Assembly: GCA_029560215.1 (NCBI GenBank) | Contig: JAKPZB010000068.1 | Span: 1-44,770 of the forward strand | DNA: 44,770 bases | Reading direction: 5' to 3' | Source: Methanobacteriota archaeon | GTDB taxonomy: Archaea > Thermoplasmatota > Thermoplasmata > Methanomassiliicoccales > UBA472 | Shown here: positions 1 through 8,709 of the stretch, one piece after another | Layout: each line of letters starts with the position of its first letter | Position numbering within the stretch: the stretch's first letter is position 1 | Notes under the pieces: generated by a model | The model's input: the letters and a program-made list of their open reading frames with translations, nothing else | Databases searched by the model: none | What the model was told of the DNA's origin: nothing | Program-made: the position numbers and the translations under genes

Positions 1-194
1 TCACCGACTTCCTGGTGTTCTATCTCGGATATCTCGTGGGCGCCATCATCTGGGGGACGACGTACTCGGCGCTCATCGGCTACGGAAAACGCTACATCAC
101 GCCCAAGCTGTTCCGCATCCTGAGCGTGATCTGCGCCCTGGTCCTGCTGTACTTCGCTCTGAACCTGCTGTACAGCACTTTCCTCAGTGGGTGA
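1..194 (+). CDS. C-terminal fragment of a membrane protein, probably LysE/ArgO-type exporter (truncated by window start)
   Basis: Frame from nt 3 reads TDFLVFYLGYLVGAIIWGTTYSALIGYGKRYITPKLFRILSVICALVLLYFALNLLYSTFLSG then TGA at 192-194; two hydrophobic helices; GC3-rich codons; not in the ORF track. Confidence 0.6.
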   Translation, partial: TDFLVFYLGYLVGAIIWGTTYSALIGYGKRYITPKLFRILSVICALVLLYFALNLLYSTFLSG

Positions 195-1866
195 AGTAGG
201 CCAGCATCTTCGGTGCTACCTTCTCGACCTTGACGAAGCCGAAGCGCTCGAACTGCACGACCTTGCCTTCCTCGTCCGCAGGCATTGACTCCACGAACCC
301 GTCCTTCCTTTCCCCCGTGGGCATGATGACGGTCGCGGGAGTGCAGTTGTCCGGTACCCAGTGAATGATGCGGTACCCTTCCTTGAGGACGGAGAGATCG
401 TTGCCCTGGTAAAGCGCCTTTCCAGAGCGGAACTCCACGTTGCCGAGGTCCTTCAAGCGGACCTTGCCCGCCTCCATGGCGGCGTTCAGGTCCTTCTCCA
501 CCACGTGGATGATTATCGGCGAACTCAGCTGGAACTCCCTGTTCCCGAGCTCCGGATGGTCGGGATGCCGGGGGGCCTTGGCGTGCAATTCGTTCACACC
601 GCATATCTGCAGCGGCACCGGGTCCCACACGAAGAAGTAGCGGTTGGCGGTCTTGTCGACGATCGCCTTGTTGTAAGCGTAGATGTTGTCCCAGGAGAAC
701 TCCACGTCCGTCTCCTTTATTCCGCAGTCCACCCAGTAGTTGCGAATCGCCTCCGGCCGGAAGCCTCTCTTGGCCAACGCCCGCACCGTTCCCAGCCGCA
801 CGTCGTCCCAGCCCGAGTACTCCCCGGTCCTGATGCCCTTGCCGACGGTGGAGGTCTTGAGAATGGCGTCGGGGACCGAGACCAGGCCGTAATGGGTGTA
901 GTGCGGAACCTTCCAGCCGAAGTATTGGAACAGGTACGCCTGGCGCTGCGTGTTGTTGAGGTGGTCCTTTCCCCTGAGGACATGGGTCAGACCCAGGAAA
1001 TGATCGTCGATGGCCACGCTGAAGTTCATCATCGGGTAGAGGCAGTACTTGTCGCCCTTCAGCGGGTGCGGGGTGGACTTGACGATGCGCAGTCCGACGA
1101 AGTCCCTTATCGCCGGATTGGGATGGTTCAGGTCGGTCTTGACCACGAATATCGCCGTCTCCTCCTCGTAATCGCCGGCCAGCATCTTCTCGAACTTGTC
1201 CATGGTCGTGGCGATATCCTCGTCATGATGGGGGCAGGGCTGTCCCTTCTCCTTCTTGGCGCGCCAGTCCTCGGCCGGACAGGTGCATACATACGCCTTT
1301 CCCATGTTGATGAGCTGCCTGGCGATATCATAGTAAAGCTCGAAGCGGTCCGATTGGACCACCGTCTCATTTACCTTCACGCCTAACCATTCCAGATCCT
1401 CCGGGATCATGTCATAGGCGTTCGGGTCGATCTTGTCCGGGTTGGTGTCCTCCATGCGGTTGATGAACTTCCCGTCGTAGTTGCGGCAGTAATCGTCGTT
1501 GAGGATGGCCACGCGAGTGTGGCCGAGGTGCAGCGGTCCGGACGGTCCGGGGGCGAAGCGCATGACCACCTTTCCTCTTTCCATGCCGGGAAGCTCCGGC
1601 AGGCCGACCCGGCGCTCGGTCTTCTCCCTCTTGAGCATCGAGGCGTCGATGGACTCCAGCTGCCTGTGCTGGACCTCCGGCGCCAACGCGTTGATCTCCT
1701 CGACGATGGAAGCGATGAGCGGCAGCACCTCCTTCACGCGGGAGCGCAGCTCGGGCGATTCGGCCAGCACCTTGCCCTGCACGGCCTTGGGGTTGGCCTT
1801 GCCTGAATAGAGCACAGCGTTCTGCAGGGCGTATTTCCGAATGGTCGCTTCCAGGTCCTCGGGCAT
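184..1866 (-). CDS. gltX: Glutamate--tRNA ligase (archaeal type)
   Basis: RFAPGPSGPLHLGH (HIGH motif), RMEDTNP, HVLRGKDH, C-terminal QFERFGF; 560 aa. Confidence 0.97.
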   Translation of the reverse strand: MPEDLEATIRKYALQNAVLYSGKANPKAVQGKVLAESPELRSRVKEVLPLIASIVEEINALAPEVQHRQLESIDASMLKREKTERRVGLPELPGMERGKVVMRFAPGPSGPLHLGHTRVAILNDDYCRNYDGKFINRMEDTNPDKIDPNAYDMIPEDLEWLGVKVNETVVQSDRFELYYDIARQLINMGKAYVCTCPAEDWRAKKEKGQPCPHHDEDIATTMDKFEKMLAGDYEEETAIFVVKTDLNHPNPAIRDFVGLRIVKSTPHPLKGDKYCLYPMMNFSVAIDDHFLGLTHVLRGKDHLNNTQRQAYLFQYFGWKVPHYTHYGLVSVPDAILKTSTVGKGIRTGEYSGWDDVRLGTVRALAKRGFRPEAIRNYWVDCGIKETDVEFSWDNIYAYNKAIVDKTANRYFFVWDPVPLQICGVNELHAKAPRHPDHPELGNREFQLSSPIIIHVVEKDLNAAMEAGKVRLKDLGNVEFRSGKALYQGNDLSVLKEGYRIIHWVPDNCTPATVIMPTGERKDGFVESMPADEEGKVVQFERFGFVKVEKVAPKMLAYFTH

Positions 1867-1889
1867 CGTTCGGCGATATCCCCCTCCGG

Positions 1890-1930
1890 CTTTTTAAGTT
1901 ATGTAGCGGCAGGAGGAAATCGGTTATATG
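1890..1930. promoter_or_regulatory. Back-to-back archaeal TATA boxes for divergent gltX and the UbiD-family gene; probably leaderless mRNAs
   Basis: TTATAT at 1924-1929 about 25 nt before ATG 1952; CTTAAAAA on the minus strand at about 1891-1898, about 25 nt before ATG 1866. Confidence 0.55.
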
Positions 1931-1951
1931 CTGGGACGATAATTATCGCTC

Positions 1952-3220
1952 ATGGCCGTCCAAAGCCACCTGGACCGAATGAAGGGCGTCAAGGTCATCG
2001 AGAGCAAGGTGCCGATAGAGATCGAGCCGACCCGGGCGCTCATGGCCGATCAGCGTTCGCCAGTTCTCTTCACGAACCTCAATGGAATGAGGGCCGCCGG
2101 GAACCTGTGGAGCGAGAGGGAGCGCATCACTGACGCCCTCGGACTACCGAAGGATGGACTGACCCAGGCGCTGATGCAGGCCCTGGCCTGCCCGAGGCCG
2201 GTGGAGGAGGTCAAGAAAGCCAGGTTCGAGGAGATCGTGGAGGAGAAGTTCGATCTCCGGAAGCTGCCCATCCCGAAGTACTACCCGCAGGACGGCGGCC
2301 AATACGTCACGGCCGGTGTGGCCATAGCCGAGTTCGGAGGGAAGCTCAACGTCTCCTTCCACCGCCTGATGGTCATCGGCAGGAACAAGTTCGCCATCCG
2401 GCTGGTGCCCCGGCACCTATTTACCATGCATAAATTGGCCATGGAGAAGGGCCAGGACCTCAAGGTGGCGTTCGTTATCGGCACCTGTCCGTCAGTGCTT
2501 CTGGCCGGGGCGACGTCCGCCGATTACGAGTTCAACGAGCTGGAGATGGCCTCCGCCCTGCGCTACATAGGCCTCAAGGAAGGGCTGAAGGTGCGGCGGA
2601 CGAAGTACGGCATACCGGTGCCGGCGGACGCCGATTACGTTCTCGAAGGACGTTTGACATCTGAAACTCACGACGAGGGTCCGTTCGTGGACATCACTGG
2701 AACGTACGATACGGTGAGGAAGCAGCCGGTGTTCGAGGTCGATCGCCTCTACCGCCGCCAGGACGCGGTCTTCCAGTTGGTTCTGTCAGGAGGGATCGAG
2801 CACTATCTGCTCATGGGCCTCCCGCGTGAGCCGGTGATCTTCCGGACGGTGCGGCAGGCCGTCCCGCGGGTGCACGCTGTGCGGTTGACGGAAGGGAGCT
2901 GCTGCTGGCTTCACGGCGTCGTCTCGATAACCAAGAACAAGGAGGGGGACGCCATGAACGCCGCTATGGCCGCATTCACCGGGCATCCGTCCATGAAGCA
3001 GGTCATCATCGTGGACAAGGACGTGGACATCTTCGACGATAAGGCGGTGGAATGGGCGGTGGCCACGCGTTTCCAGGCATCCCGCGGGCTGCTGGTGGTG
3101 AACAACGCCGCCGGTTCCTCGCTCGATCCGTCCACCGAAGGCACGACATCCAAGATCGCCATCGACGCAACGATGCCGTTAGGTGACCAGGGACTGTTCC
3201 GCAAGGCCAAGCTGGACTGA
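1952..3220 (+). CDS. UbiD-family prFMN-dependent decarboxylase (possibly anhydromevalonate phosphate decarboxylase of the archaeal mevalonate pathway)
   Basis: DGGQYVTAG, NVSFHRL, EGPFVDITGTY, VDKDVDIFD..VEWAVATRFQ, SSLDPS motifs; the specific substrate is inference. Confidence 0.9.
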   Translation: MAVQSHLDRMKGVKVIESKVPIEIEPTRALMADQRSPVLFTNLNGMRAAGNLWSERERITDALGLPKDGLTQALMQALACPRPVEEVKKARFEEIVEEKFDLRKLPIPKYYPQDGGQYVTAGVAIAEFGGKLNVSFHRLMVIGRNKFAIRLVPRHLFTMHKLAMEKGQDLKVAFVIGTCPSVLLAGATSADYEFNELEMASALRYIGLKEGLKVRRTKYGIPVPADADYVLEGRLTSETHDEGPFVDITGTYDTVRKQPVFEVDRLYRRQDAVFQLVLSGGIEHYLLMGLPREPVIFRTVRQAVPRVHAVRLTEGSCCWLHGVVSITKNKEGDAMNAAMAAFTGHPSMKQVIIVDKDVDIFDDKAVEWAVATRFQASRGLLVVNNAAGSSLDPSTEGTTSKIAIDATMPLGDQGLFRKAKLD

Positions 3221-3289
3221 TGCGCCGTAACTAGCCAGCAAATCATTATTAAATCAAAGTACGTTTTCTATCAAAACGGAGGATTCCCC

Positions 3290-3934
3290 TTGAGATGCAA
3301 CAATTGTGGATTGGACTACATTGCGGACAACGCCGCTAACTGCCCGAGGTGCAACGCGCCCCTGGGGCAGCAGATGTACCAGCAGCCCCCGCAGCAGTAT
3401 CAGCAGCCGCAGGGATATCAGGACCAGCAGCCTCCCCAGCAGTACGGGGACCAGCAGTACCAGCAACAGCCTCAGCCGCAGTACCAGCAGCCCCCGCAGG
3501 GCGGTTACTACGCCCCGCCGCAGGGCGGCTACTACCAGCAGCCGCCGATGCCCCCGAAGCGGGTTCCGACGGTCAAGAAGGTCGACCTTACCGAGATATT
3601 GATGATCATCTCTGGGGTGTTCCTGCTGGACGGGGCTTTCGGCAATTTGTCCTGGATAGGCACAGGCGTTCCTGCTGGAATAGTCATCCTCGGCATCGTC
3701 TGCCTGGTAGGCGCGCTCCTGCTGTTCGTGGACGTCATGATGCCCGCCCTGCTGAAGCAGCTCGGTGAGATCAAGGACCTGCTAGTTCTCGTTCTCGCTC
3801 TGGTGTTCATCGTATGGGGTCTGATCGCCGCCTTCGCCGACACCTTCAATTACGGTGTCTACGGACCGGAGATCTTCACCGGCGGCTTCGCGCTGCTCGC
3901 CGCCGGCGCGCTGCGCATGGGCATACTGAAGTGA
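3290..3934 (+). CDS. Membrane protein with N-terminal zinc ribbon and Gln/Pro/Tyr-rich linker
   Basis: TTG start after GGAGG; CxxC...CxxC; Q/P/Y low-complexity tract; about four C-terminal TM helices. Confidence 0.8.
   Translation: MRCNNCGLDYIADNAANCPRCNAPLGQQMYQQPPQQYQQPQGYQDQQPPQQYGDQQYQQQPQPQYQQPPQGGYYAPPQGGYYQQPPMPPKRVPTVKKVDLTEILMIISGVFLLDGAFGNLSWIGTGVPAGIVILGIVCLVGALLLFVDVMMPALLKQLGEIKDLLVLVLALVFIVWGLIAAFADTFNYGVYGPEIFTGGFALLAAGALRMGILK
3367..3555 (+). repeat. Coding low-complexity repeat (QQPPQ / YQQP / PPQGGYY)
   Basis: Runs of CAG codons; two PPQGGYY units; boundaries approximate. Confidence 0.75.
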
Positions 3935-3985
3935 ATACGCAATCCCGTCCAGTATCCGTAAACCTCTTCCATAACCCTTCTTTTC

Positions 3986-4594
3986 TCAATCGCCTAGGAC
4001 CGCGCCGGTCAGATCCGTCAGGATGAGAAAGAGAAAGGCCATGTTGCTCGATATCAGGTGGGCCAGCCTCCATCTCTTCACATTTCGGAACATCCCTATC
4101 CCCGTGAGAACGCTGGTCGTAGCGAGAGCCATGGTGATCAGGCCCATGACGCCGTGGATGGTATGGAATATCTTCCCCCGGTCAGAATAGTAGGCGAACG
4201 TCCAAAGGATGAAGGTCACCGCGAACAAGCTCCAGCAGGCGACGCTGGCGTATCGGTGAAGCATTCTCGGAAGTCCCAGGGGGGCCAGCGATCTCAGTTT
4301 CTTGAAGGACGAGTTCCCGATCCCCGTGACCGCCGCCACCAGGCCTAGGAACGTGGCGAGGGCGAAAAGGGGCGCGTGAAAGCTCCCCTCGTCATCCTCG
4401 CTCTCGCCTATGTCGAGGTCCGCGAACGGGATGGATGTCGGTCCTATTGACGGTTCGGCATGCGCCGGCGGCAGCGATACAAAAACAAATGCGGTTGCGA
4501 ACAAAAGAAGTGAAATGACCGCCCACACCCGATTCTTCACGGGTGGTGAAGGGGACGAGGATGCTCTAATCTTTTCCGTGAAGGCGAATTTCAC
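3986..4594 (-). CDS. Membrane protein with a cytochrome b561-like four-His pattern
   Basis: GTGA overlap with the purA stop (alternative GTG start at 4540); His at the start of four successive TM helices: FHAPL, LHRYAS, IHGVMGL, AHLISS. Confidence 0.65.
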   Translation of the reverse strand: MKFAFTEKIRASSSPSPPVKNRVWAVISLLLFATAFVFVSLPPAHAEPSIGPTSIPFADLDIGESEDDEGSFHAPLFALATFLGLVAAVTGIGNSSFKKLRSLAPLGLPRMLHRYASVACWSLFAVTFILWTFAYYSDRGKIFHTIHGVMGLITMALATTSVLTGIGMFRNVKRWRLAHLISSNMAFLFLILTDLTGAVLGD

Positions 4595-5880
4595 CGCCGA
4601 ATGGTCTCCTCGCGCCCTTTTCCTATGCTAATGATCCTCGCCGGGACCTTGGAACGCTTCTCGATGTAGCCGATGTACTGGCGCATCTCCTTCGGCAGAG
4701 CGTCGAATCCGCCGCGGACGATCTCCATGGTCTCCTCCTCCTTCCAGCCGGACCAGCCGTCCAGCTCCTCGTAGACCGGCTTGGCCCGTTCCAGCATCTT
4801 GAAGTTGCCCGGAAAGTGGTAAACTTTCTTGCCGTCGATCTCGTAAGCGACCGCGACCTTCACCGTCTTCAGGCCGTTCATGACGTCCAACTTGGTCACC
4901 GCGAACTGGGTGAGGCCGTTCAAACGGGCGGCGTGCTCCACTACCAGCAGGTCAAGCCATCCGCAGCGCCGGGCGCGTCCGGTGGTGGTCCCGAACTCCC
5001 CCCCGACGTTCATCAGCATCTCGCCGGTGGCGTCCTTGAGCTCTGTCGGGAACGGACCGGCGCCCACGCGCGTCGTGTACGCCTTCAGCACGCCCATTAT
5101 CTCGTCCACCCGCTTCGGGCCGACGCCGGAGCCGGTGCAAATGGCGCCGGCAACGCAGTTGGACGAAGTGACGAAAGGATAGGTGCCGTGGTCGATGTCC
5201 AGCATGGTGCCCTGCGCGCCTTCGAACAGCACGTTCTTGCCCTGGTCCAGAGCGTCGTTGACCAGGACCGACGTATCGGTTATGTACTTCTCGTACTTCC
5301 GGCCGTAGGCCAGCAGCTCCTTGAAAAGCTCTTCCTTGTTCTGCGCCAGCCGCACGCCCAGTATGTCCATGACCTTGAGCTTCATGGGCATGACGGTGTC
5401 CAGGCGCTCCTCGAGAAGTTCAGGGTCCAGCAGGTCGCCCATGCGTATGCCGGACCTGGCGATCTTGTCCGAGTAGCAGGGTCCGATGCCCTTTCCGGTG
5501 GTCCCCACGGTCTTGCTTCCGCGGAGGCGTTCCTCGGCGCCGTCCAAAAGCCGGTGCCAGTTGAGTATGACGTTGGCGCGGTCGGATATTTTGAGCCCCT
5601 CTACGTTCTTGCCCCGGGACTCCAGCTCGGCGATCTCCCGGTCCAGGGAGATCAGGTCGACGATCACGCCGTTGCCTATGACATTGATGACGCCCTTACG
5701 GACGATGCCCGACGGAAGGATATGAAGGGCGAAGACCTCCTCGCCCACCTTGATGGTGTGGCCGGCGTTGGAGCCGCCCTGGTAACGGACGACCATATCG
5801 GCGCGTCCCGCTTCGTAATCAGTGATCTTGCCCTTGCCCTCGTCTCCCCACTGGGCCCCGATGACCGCTATGCTCGGCAA
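4591..5880 (-). CDS. purA: Adenylosuccinate synthetase
   Basis: GAQWGDEGKGK, GGSNAGHT, EGAQGTMLDIDHGTYPFVTSS, GTTTGRARRCGWLD; start placed at TTG 5880, 4 nt after a GGTGA SD (ORF track extends to 5898). Confidence 0.97.
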   Translation of the reverse strand: MPSIAVIGAQWGDEGKGKITDYEAGRADMVVRYQGGSNAGHTIKVGEEVFALHILPSGIVRKGVINVIGNGVIVDLISLDREIAELESRGKNVEGLKISDRANVILNWHRLLDGAEERLRGSKTVGTTGKGIGPCYSDKIARSGIRMGDLLDPELLEERLDTVMPMKLKVMDILGVRLAQNKEELFKELLAYGRKYEKYITDTSVLVNDALDQGKNVLFEGAQGTMLDIDHGTYPFVTSSNCVAGAICTGSGVGPKRVDEIMGVLKAYTTRVGAGPFPTELKDATGEMLMNVGGEFGTTTGRARRCGWLDLLVVEHAARLNGLTQFAVTKLDVMNGLKTVKVAVAYEIDGKKVYHFPGNFKMLERAKPVYEELDGWSGWKEEETMEIVRGGFDALPKEMRQYIGYIEKRSKVPARIISIGKGREETIRR

Positions 5881-5925
5881 TCTCTCACCGTCTCGCAAAA
5901 TGAGCCAATGTAGATAAAGCCTTGT

Positions 5926-7011
5926 TCATCGGCAGGTCGAACGGAACGCTTCCAGCACTTCCTCCAGCGGACGGTCGGTGCGGAAGCCGGTCGGCGAGAA
6001 GTTGGTCCGGGAGACCTTGCCGATGGCGAGCATGCCCTCCATCAGCTCCTCGCGTCCAGGCGGGGAAAGCTTGAGCATGGCGGCGATCTCGTTCGTCTCG
6101 TAGTAGAACGGAACGTCCAGCTCCTCCTTCCATATCTCGAAGTGCTGGCGGACCCGTTCCGGGCATTCCAGTCCCTCCGGCACCGCCGCGGCGGAGATCG
6201 CCTCACGGTCGAATAGCGGGCCCAGCCACATCGGCCCCATCTTTCCCTCTCCGACCTTGCGCTCCCCGGTCGCCCGGTCGTAGGACATCATGCCCAATTG
6301 TTCCAACGAAGCGTCGGCGGCCCCGGCGCCGTCCCTGGTCCTCAGGAACAGGCGGAAGTAATGGTCGGCGTAATAGCACAGCAGGGGCGTCACCCCCTTG
6401 TCCTCCTGGGCGGCCATTCGGACGATGGTCCCGATCATGATGCGCAGGCCGCTCTCGTGCAGGAAGGGATTCCTCTGGCTGTTGGCCATGTACCGCCGCC
6501 GGCATTTGCCGGGATGGGTGCCGGATAAAGAGGCGGTATCGGTGGCCGTCACCGCCAATATCCCTTTCCTGGCCATGCCCTGCAGCGCGGACGGAACGAA
6601 AGGTATGGGCGTTCCGAAGGGATCGAGATCGATGTAATCGAAGACCTCCTCGGCCAGAAGGCAGCGCAGGTCGGCGTTGCTCGCCTCGGCGTTCTCCAGC
6701 GAGTTCAGTTCGATGTTCCTCTGGATGTGGTCGCAGGCCAATGGTTCCTTGTCGTTTATTATGAATCGGTAATCGCCCGGGGCCTCGTTGCAGACGCGTA
6801 TCCCGCGGGCGCCGGTGGCGGCCATGGCGTCCAGGCATTTCCTCGGTCGAATGACGGAATGGAACAATGCGACGGAAATATCCCGGTTGAAGGCCATCTG
6901 CCGATTGAAGAACACTCTGCCCTCAATCTTGCCGGGCCCCCTCTCGGATATGAGCGAGGGAACCAGCAGCTGGGTGCTCCCCTCCCTGATCACAGTGCCG
7001 TCCAAGTTCAC
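5926..7011 (-). CDS. trm1: tRNA (guanine-N2)-dimethyltransferase Trm1
   Basis: VFFNRQMAFNRD, DAMAATGARGIR, DLDPFGTP, VTATD, HESGLR, GPMWLGPL. Confidence 0.93.
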   Translation of the reverse strand: MNLDGTVIREGSTQLLVPSLISERGPGKIEGRVFFNRQMAFNRDISVALFHSVIRPRKCLDAMAATGARGIRVCNEAPGDYRFIINDKEPLACDHIQRNIELNSLENAEASNADLRCLLAEEVFDYIDLDPFGTPIPFVPSALQGMARKGILAVTATDTASLSGTHPGKCRRRYMANSQRNPFLHESGLRIMIGTIVRMAAQEDKGVTPLLCYYADHYFRLFLRTRDGAGAADASLEQLGMMSYDRATGERKVGEGKMGPMWLGPLFDREAISAAAVPEGLECPERVRQHFEIWKEELDVPFYYETNEIAAMLKLSPPGREELMEGMLAIGKVSRTNFSPTGFRTDRPLEEVLEAFRSTCR

Positions 7012-7550
7012 AAAAGCTCGCCCTTCATCAGCTTCATTATCTTGTAGGGCAAAAGGTTTCTGTTGATGGGGGTGACCTCCAGGATCCGGACGTCGTCCCG
7101 TCTGCGGATGTCCTGCAGCAAGGGATTTCTGGACTTCTTGTGCAAGGTCAGCAGCATCGGCTTCTCGGTCTTCAGCGCTTCCTTGACCGCGTCCCGGAAC
7201 TTGTCGCTCTCCACCTCGATCTTTCCGACCTCGTCGATGACGATGATGTCGGCCTTCTCGCAGGCGTTCACTAAAGCTTGGACCCCTATCTCCTGTAGGA
7301 CGTCGAGATCAACGCCCATCTTGCCCACCATGAACTTGCTGTGGATGTCCGTGGCGGCCAGAACCCCGCGCTTCTTGGTCATCCAGTCCATGACATAGAG
7401 GCCGCTGCGCTTCTTGTCGTCCAGGATCGGCTCGGTGATCATGCCGCCCACGGTATGCCCTTCCTCCTCGAGCATCTTGATGACCTGGATAAGGGTGTTG
7501 GTCTTGCCCGCGCTAGGAAGCCCTGTGATGCCGATCTTGATGTTGTTCAT
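7008..7550 (-). CDS. Nucleoside-triphosphatase, THEP1/NTPase_1 family
   Basis: IGITGLPSAGKT (Walker A), VGGMITE, IIVIDEVGKIE (Walker B); start reset to ATG 7550. Confidence 0.9.
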   Translation of the reverse strand: MNNIKIGITGLPSAGKTNTLIQVIKMLEEEGHTVGGMITEPILDDKKRSGLYVMDWMTKKRGVLAATDIHSKFMVGKMGVDLDVLQEIGVQALVNACEKADIIVIDEVGKIEVESDKFRDAVKEALKTEKPMLLTLHKKSRNPLLQDIRRRDDVRILEVTPINRNLLPYKIMKLMKGELL

Positions 7551-7691
7551 CCGATTCCCCGGTGTCCATGCATCGAATGGGCTCGATGCAGTAGAAGACC
7601 TATATGGCAATCCAAGCTTAATATCCTTTCCCGAGGAACGGAACGCTGGGTTGGCCTTGGTAACCTTCAATAAAAATAATAATGGACGTAT

Positions 7692-8078
7692 TTATCGGCT
7701 CTCCACCGACCGGACGTACATGAGCGGATAGCGCAGGTCCTCCTTGAAGTCCATGGCCGCCACCACGGTGGTGCCGCCAACGGAGATGGTCAGCTCCACG
7801 TTGAGCAGGTTTCCGGTCAGGGTCTGATAATCGAACTCGTCCTTCTTCTTGCGGAGAGCCTCGCGGGATATGCGTACCTTGACGTCCTTGACGAAAGGCT
7901 GGACCCGGACCCCGTCCTCGATCGCCCTCTCCAATATCTCCACGTTGGCCGCGGCCACCGGCGTGCCGACGAACTGGTGATAGATGGTTCCCAATTTGAT
8001 ACCGGCCTCGAACACCGCCCTTTCCCGTTCGCTGCAGTTGAAGTAGTTGGCAGCGAGCTCCTCGCGCTTGCTCGTCAT
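7692..8078 (-). CDS. mptD: Archaeal dihydroneopterin aldolase (MptD family)
   Basis: ERERAVFEAGIKLGTIYHQFVGTPV, QPFV, YPLMYV signature; start reset to ATG 8078. Confidence 0.85.
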   Translation of the reverse strand: MTSKREELAANYFNCSERERAVFEAGIKLGTIYHQFVGTPVAAANVEILERAIEDGVRVQPFVKDVKVRISREALRKKKDEFDYQTLTGNLLNVELTISVGGTTVVAAMDFKEDLRYPLMYVRSVESR

Positions 8079-8196
8079 TTCGCTCGGTGGTGATAAGGGT
8101 GGCATGATAGATAATCCTGTCCTGGCCTGCTCCGTACTCCTAGGAACTGCGAAAAGGTAATACGCCAGACCGCATTTCCCGCACCGGGGCGAAGAC

Positions 8197-8709
8197 ATGT
8201 TGGAGAACCTAAGGGAAAGGCTCAGGATGGACAACGAGCCGAAGGAGAGCATTGATCCCCGGGCAAGGAAGGTCTGGATGATCGGCGGGGCCATAGGTTC
8301 GGCGATAGTTCTGATGATCGTTGTCGGTTTCTTCTTCCTGGTCACCATCGGTTACGGAGCTCCGGATTGGGTGGGCTGGACCGCCATCGCCCTGGGCGTC
8401 GCCTACGTCCCCTGGGGCGTATTTCTCAGCCCCTGGCTACGGATGCGCTTCTGGCGCTACGAGCTCCGGGAGAACGAGATGGAGATACAGCACGGGATAT
8501 TCGTGATCAAGAGGCACCTCATCCCCATGGTCCGCGTTCAGTACGTGGATACCGAGCACGGTCCGCTGATGCGCTATTTCGGTCTAACCACCCTTTCGAT
8601 ATCCACCGCCGCCACCAAGTTCGCCATCCCCGCCCTGCCCAAGCAGAGGGCGGAGGAGCTGCGGGGCGAGATAGCCACCCTGGCCCGGGTCAGTGAGGAA
8701 GATGTCTGA
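8197..8709 (+). CDS. YdbS-like membrane protein with bacterial PH (bPH_2) domain
   Basis: Two TM helices then WRYEL..EMEIQHGIF..IPMVRVQYVDTEHGPLMRYFGL. Confidence 0.88.
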   Translation: MLENLRERLRMDNEPKESIDPRARKVWMIGGAIGSAIVLMIVVGFFFLVTIGYGAPDWVGWTAIALGVAYVPWGVFLSPWLRMRFWRYELRENEMEIQHGIFVIKRHLIPMVRVQYVDTEHGPLMRYFGLTTLSISTAATKFAIPALPKQRAEELRGEIATLARVSEEDV

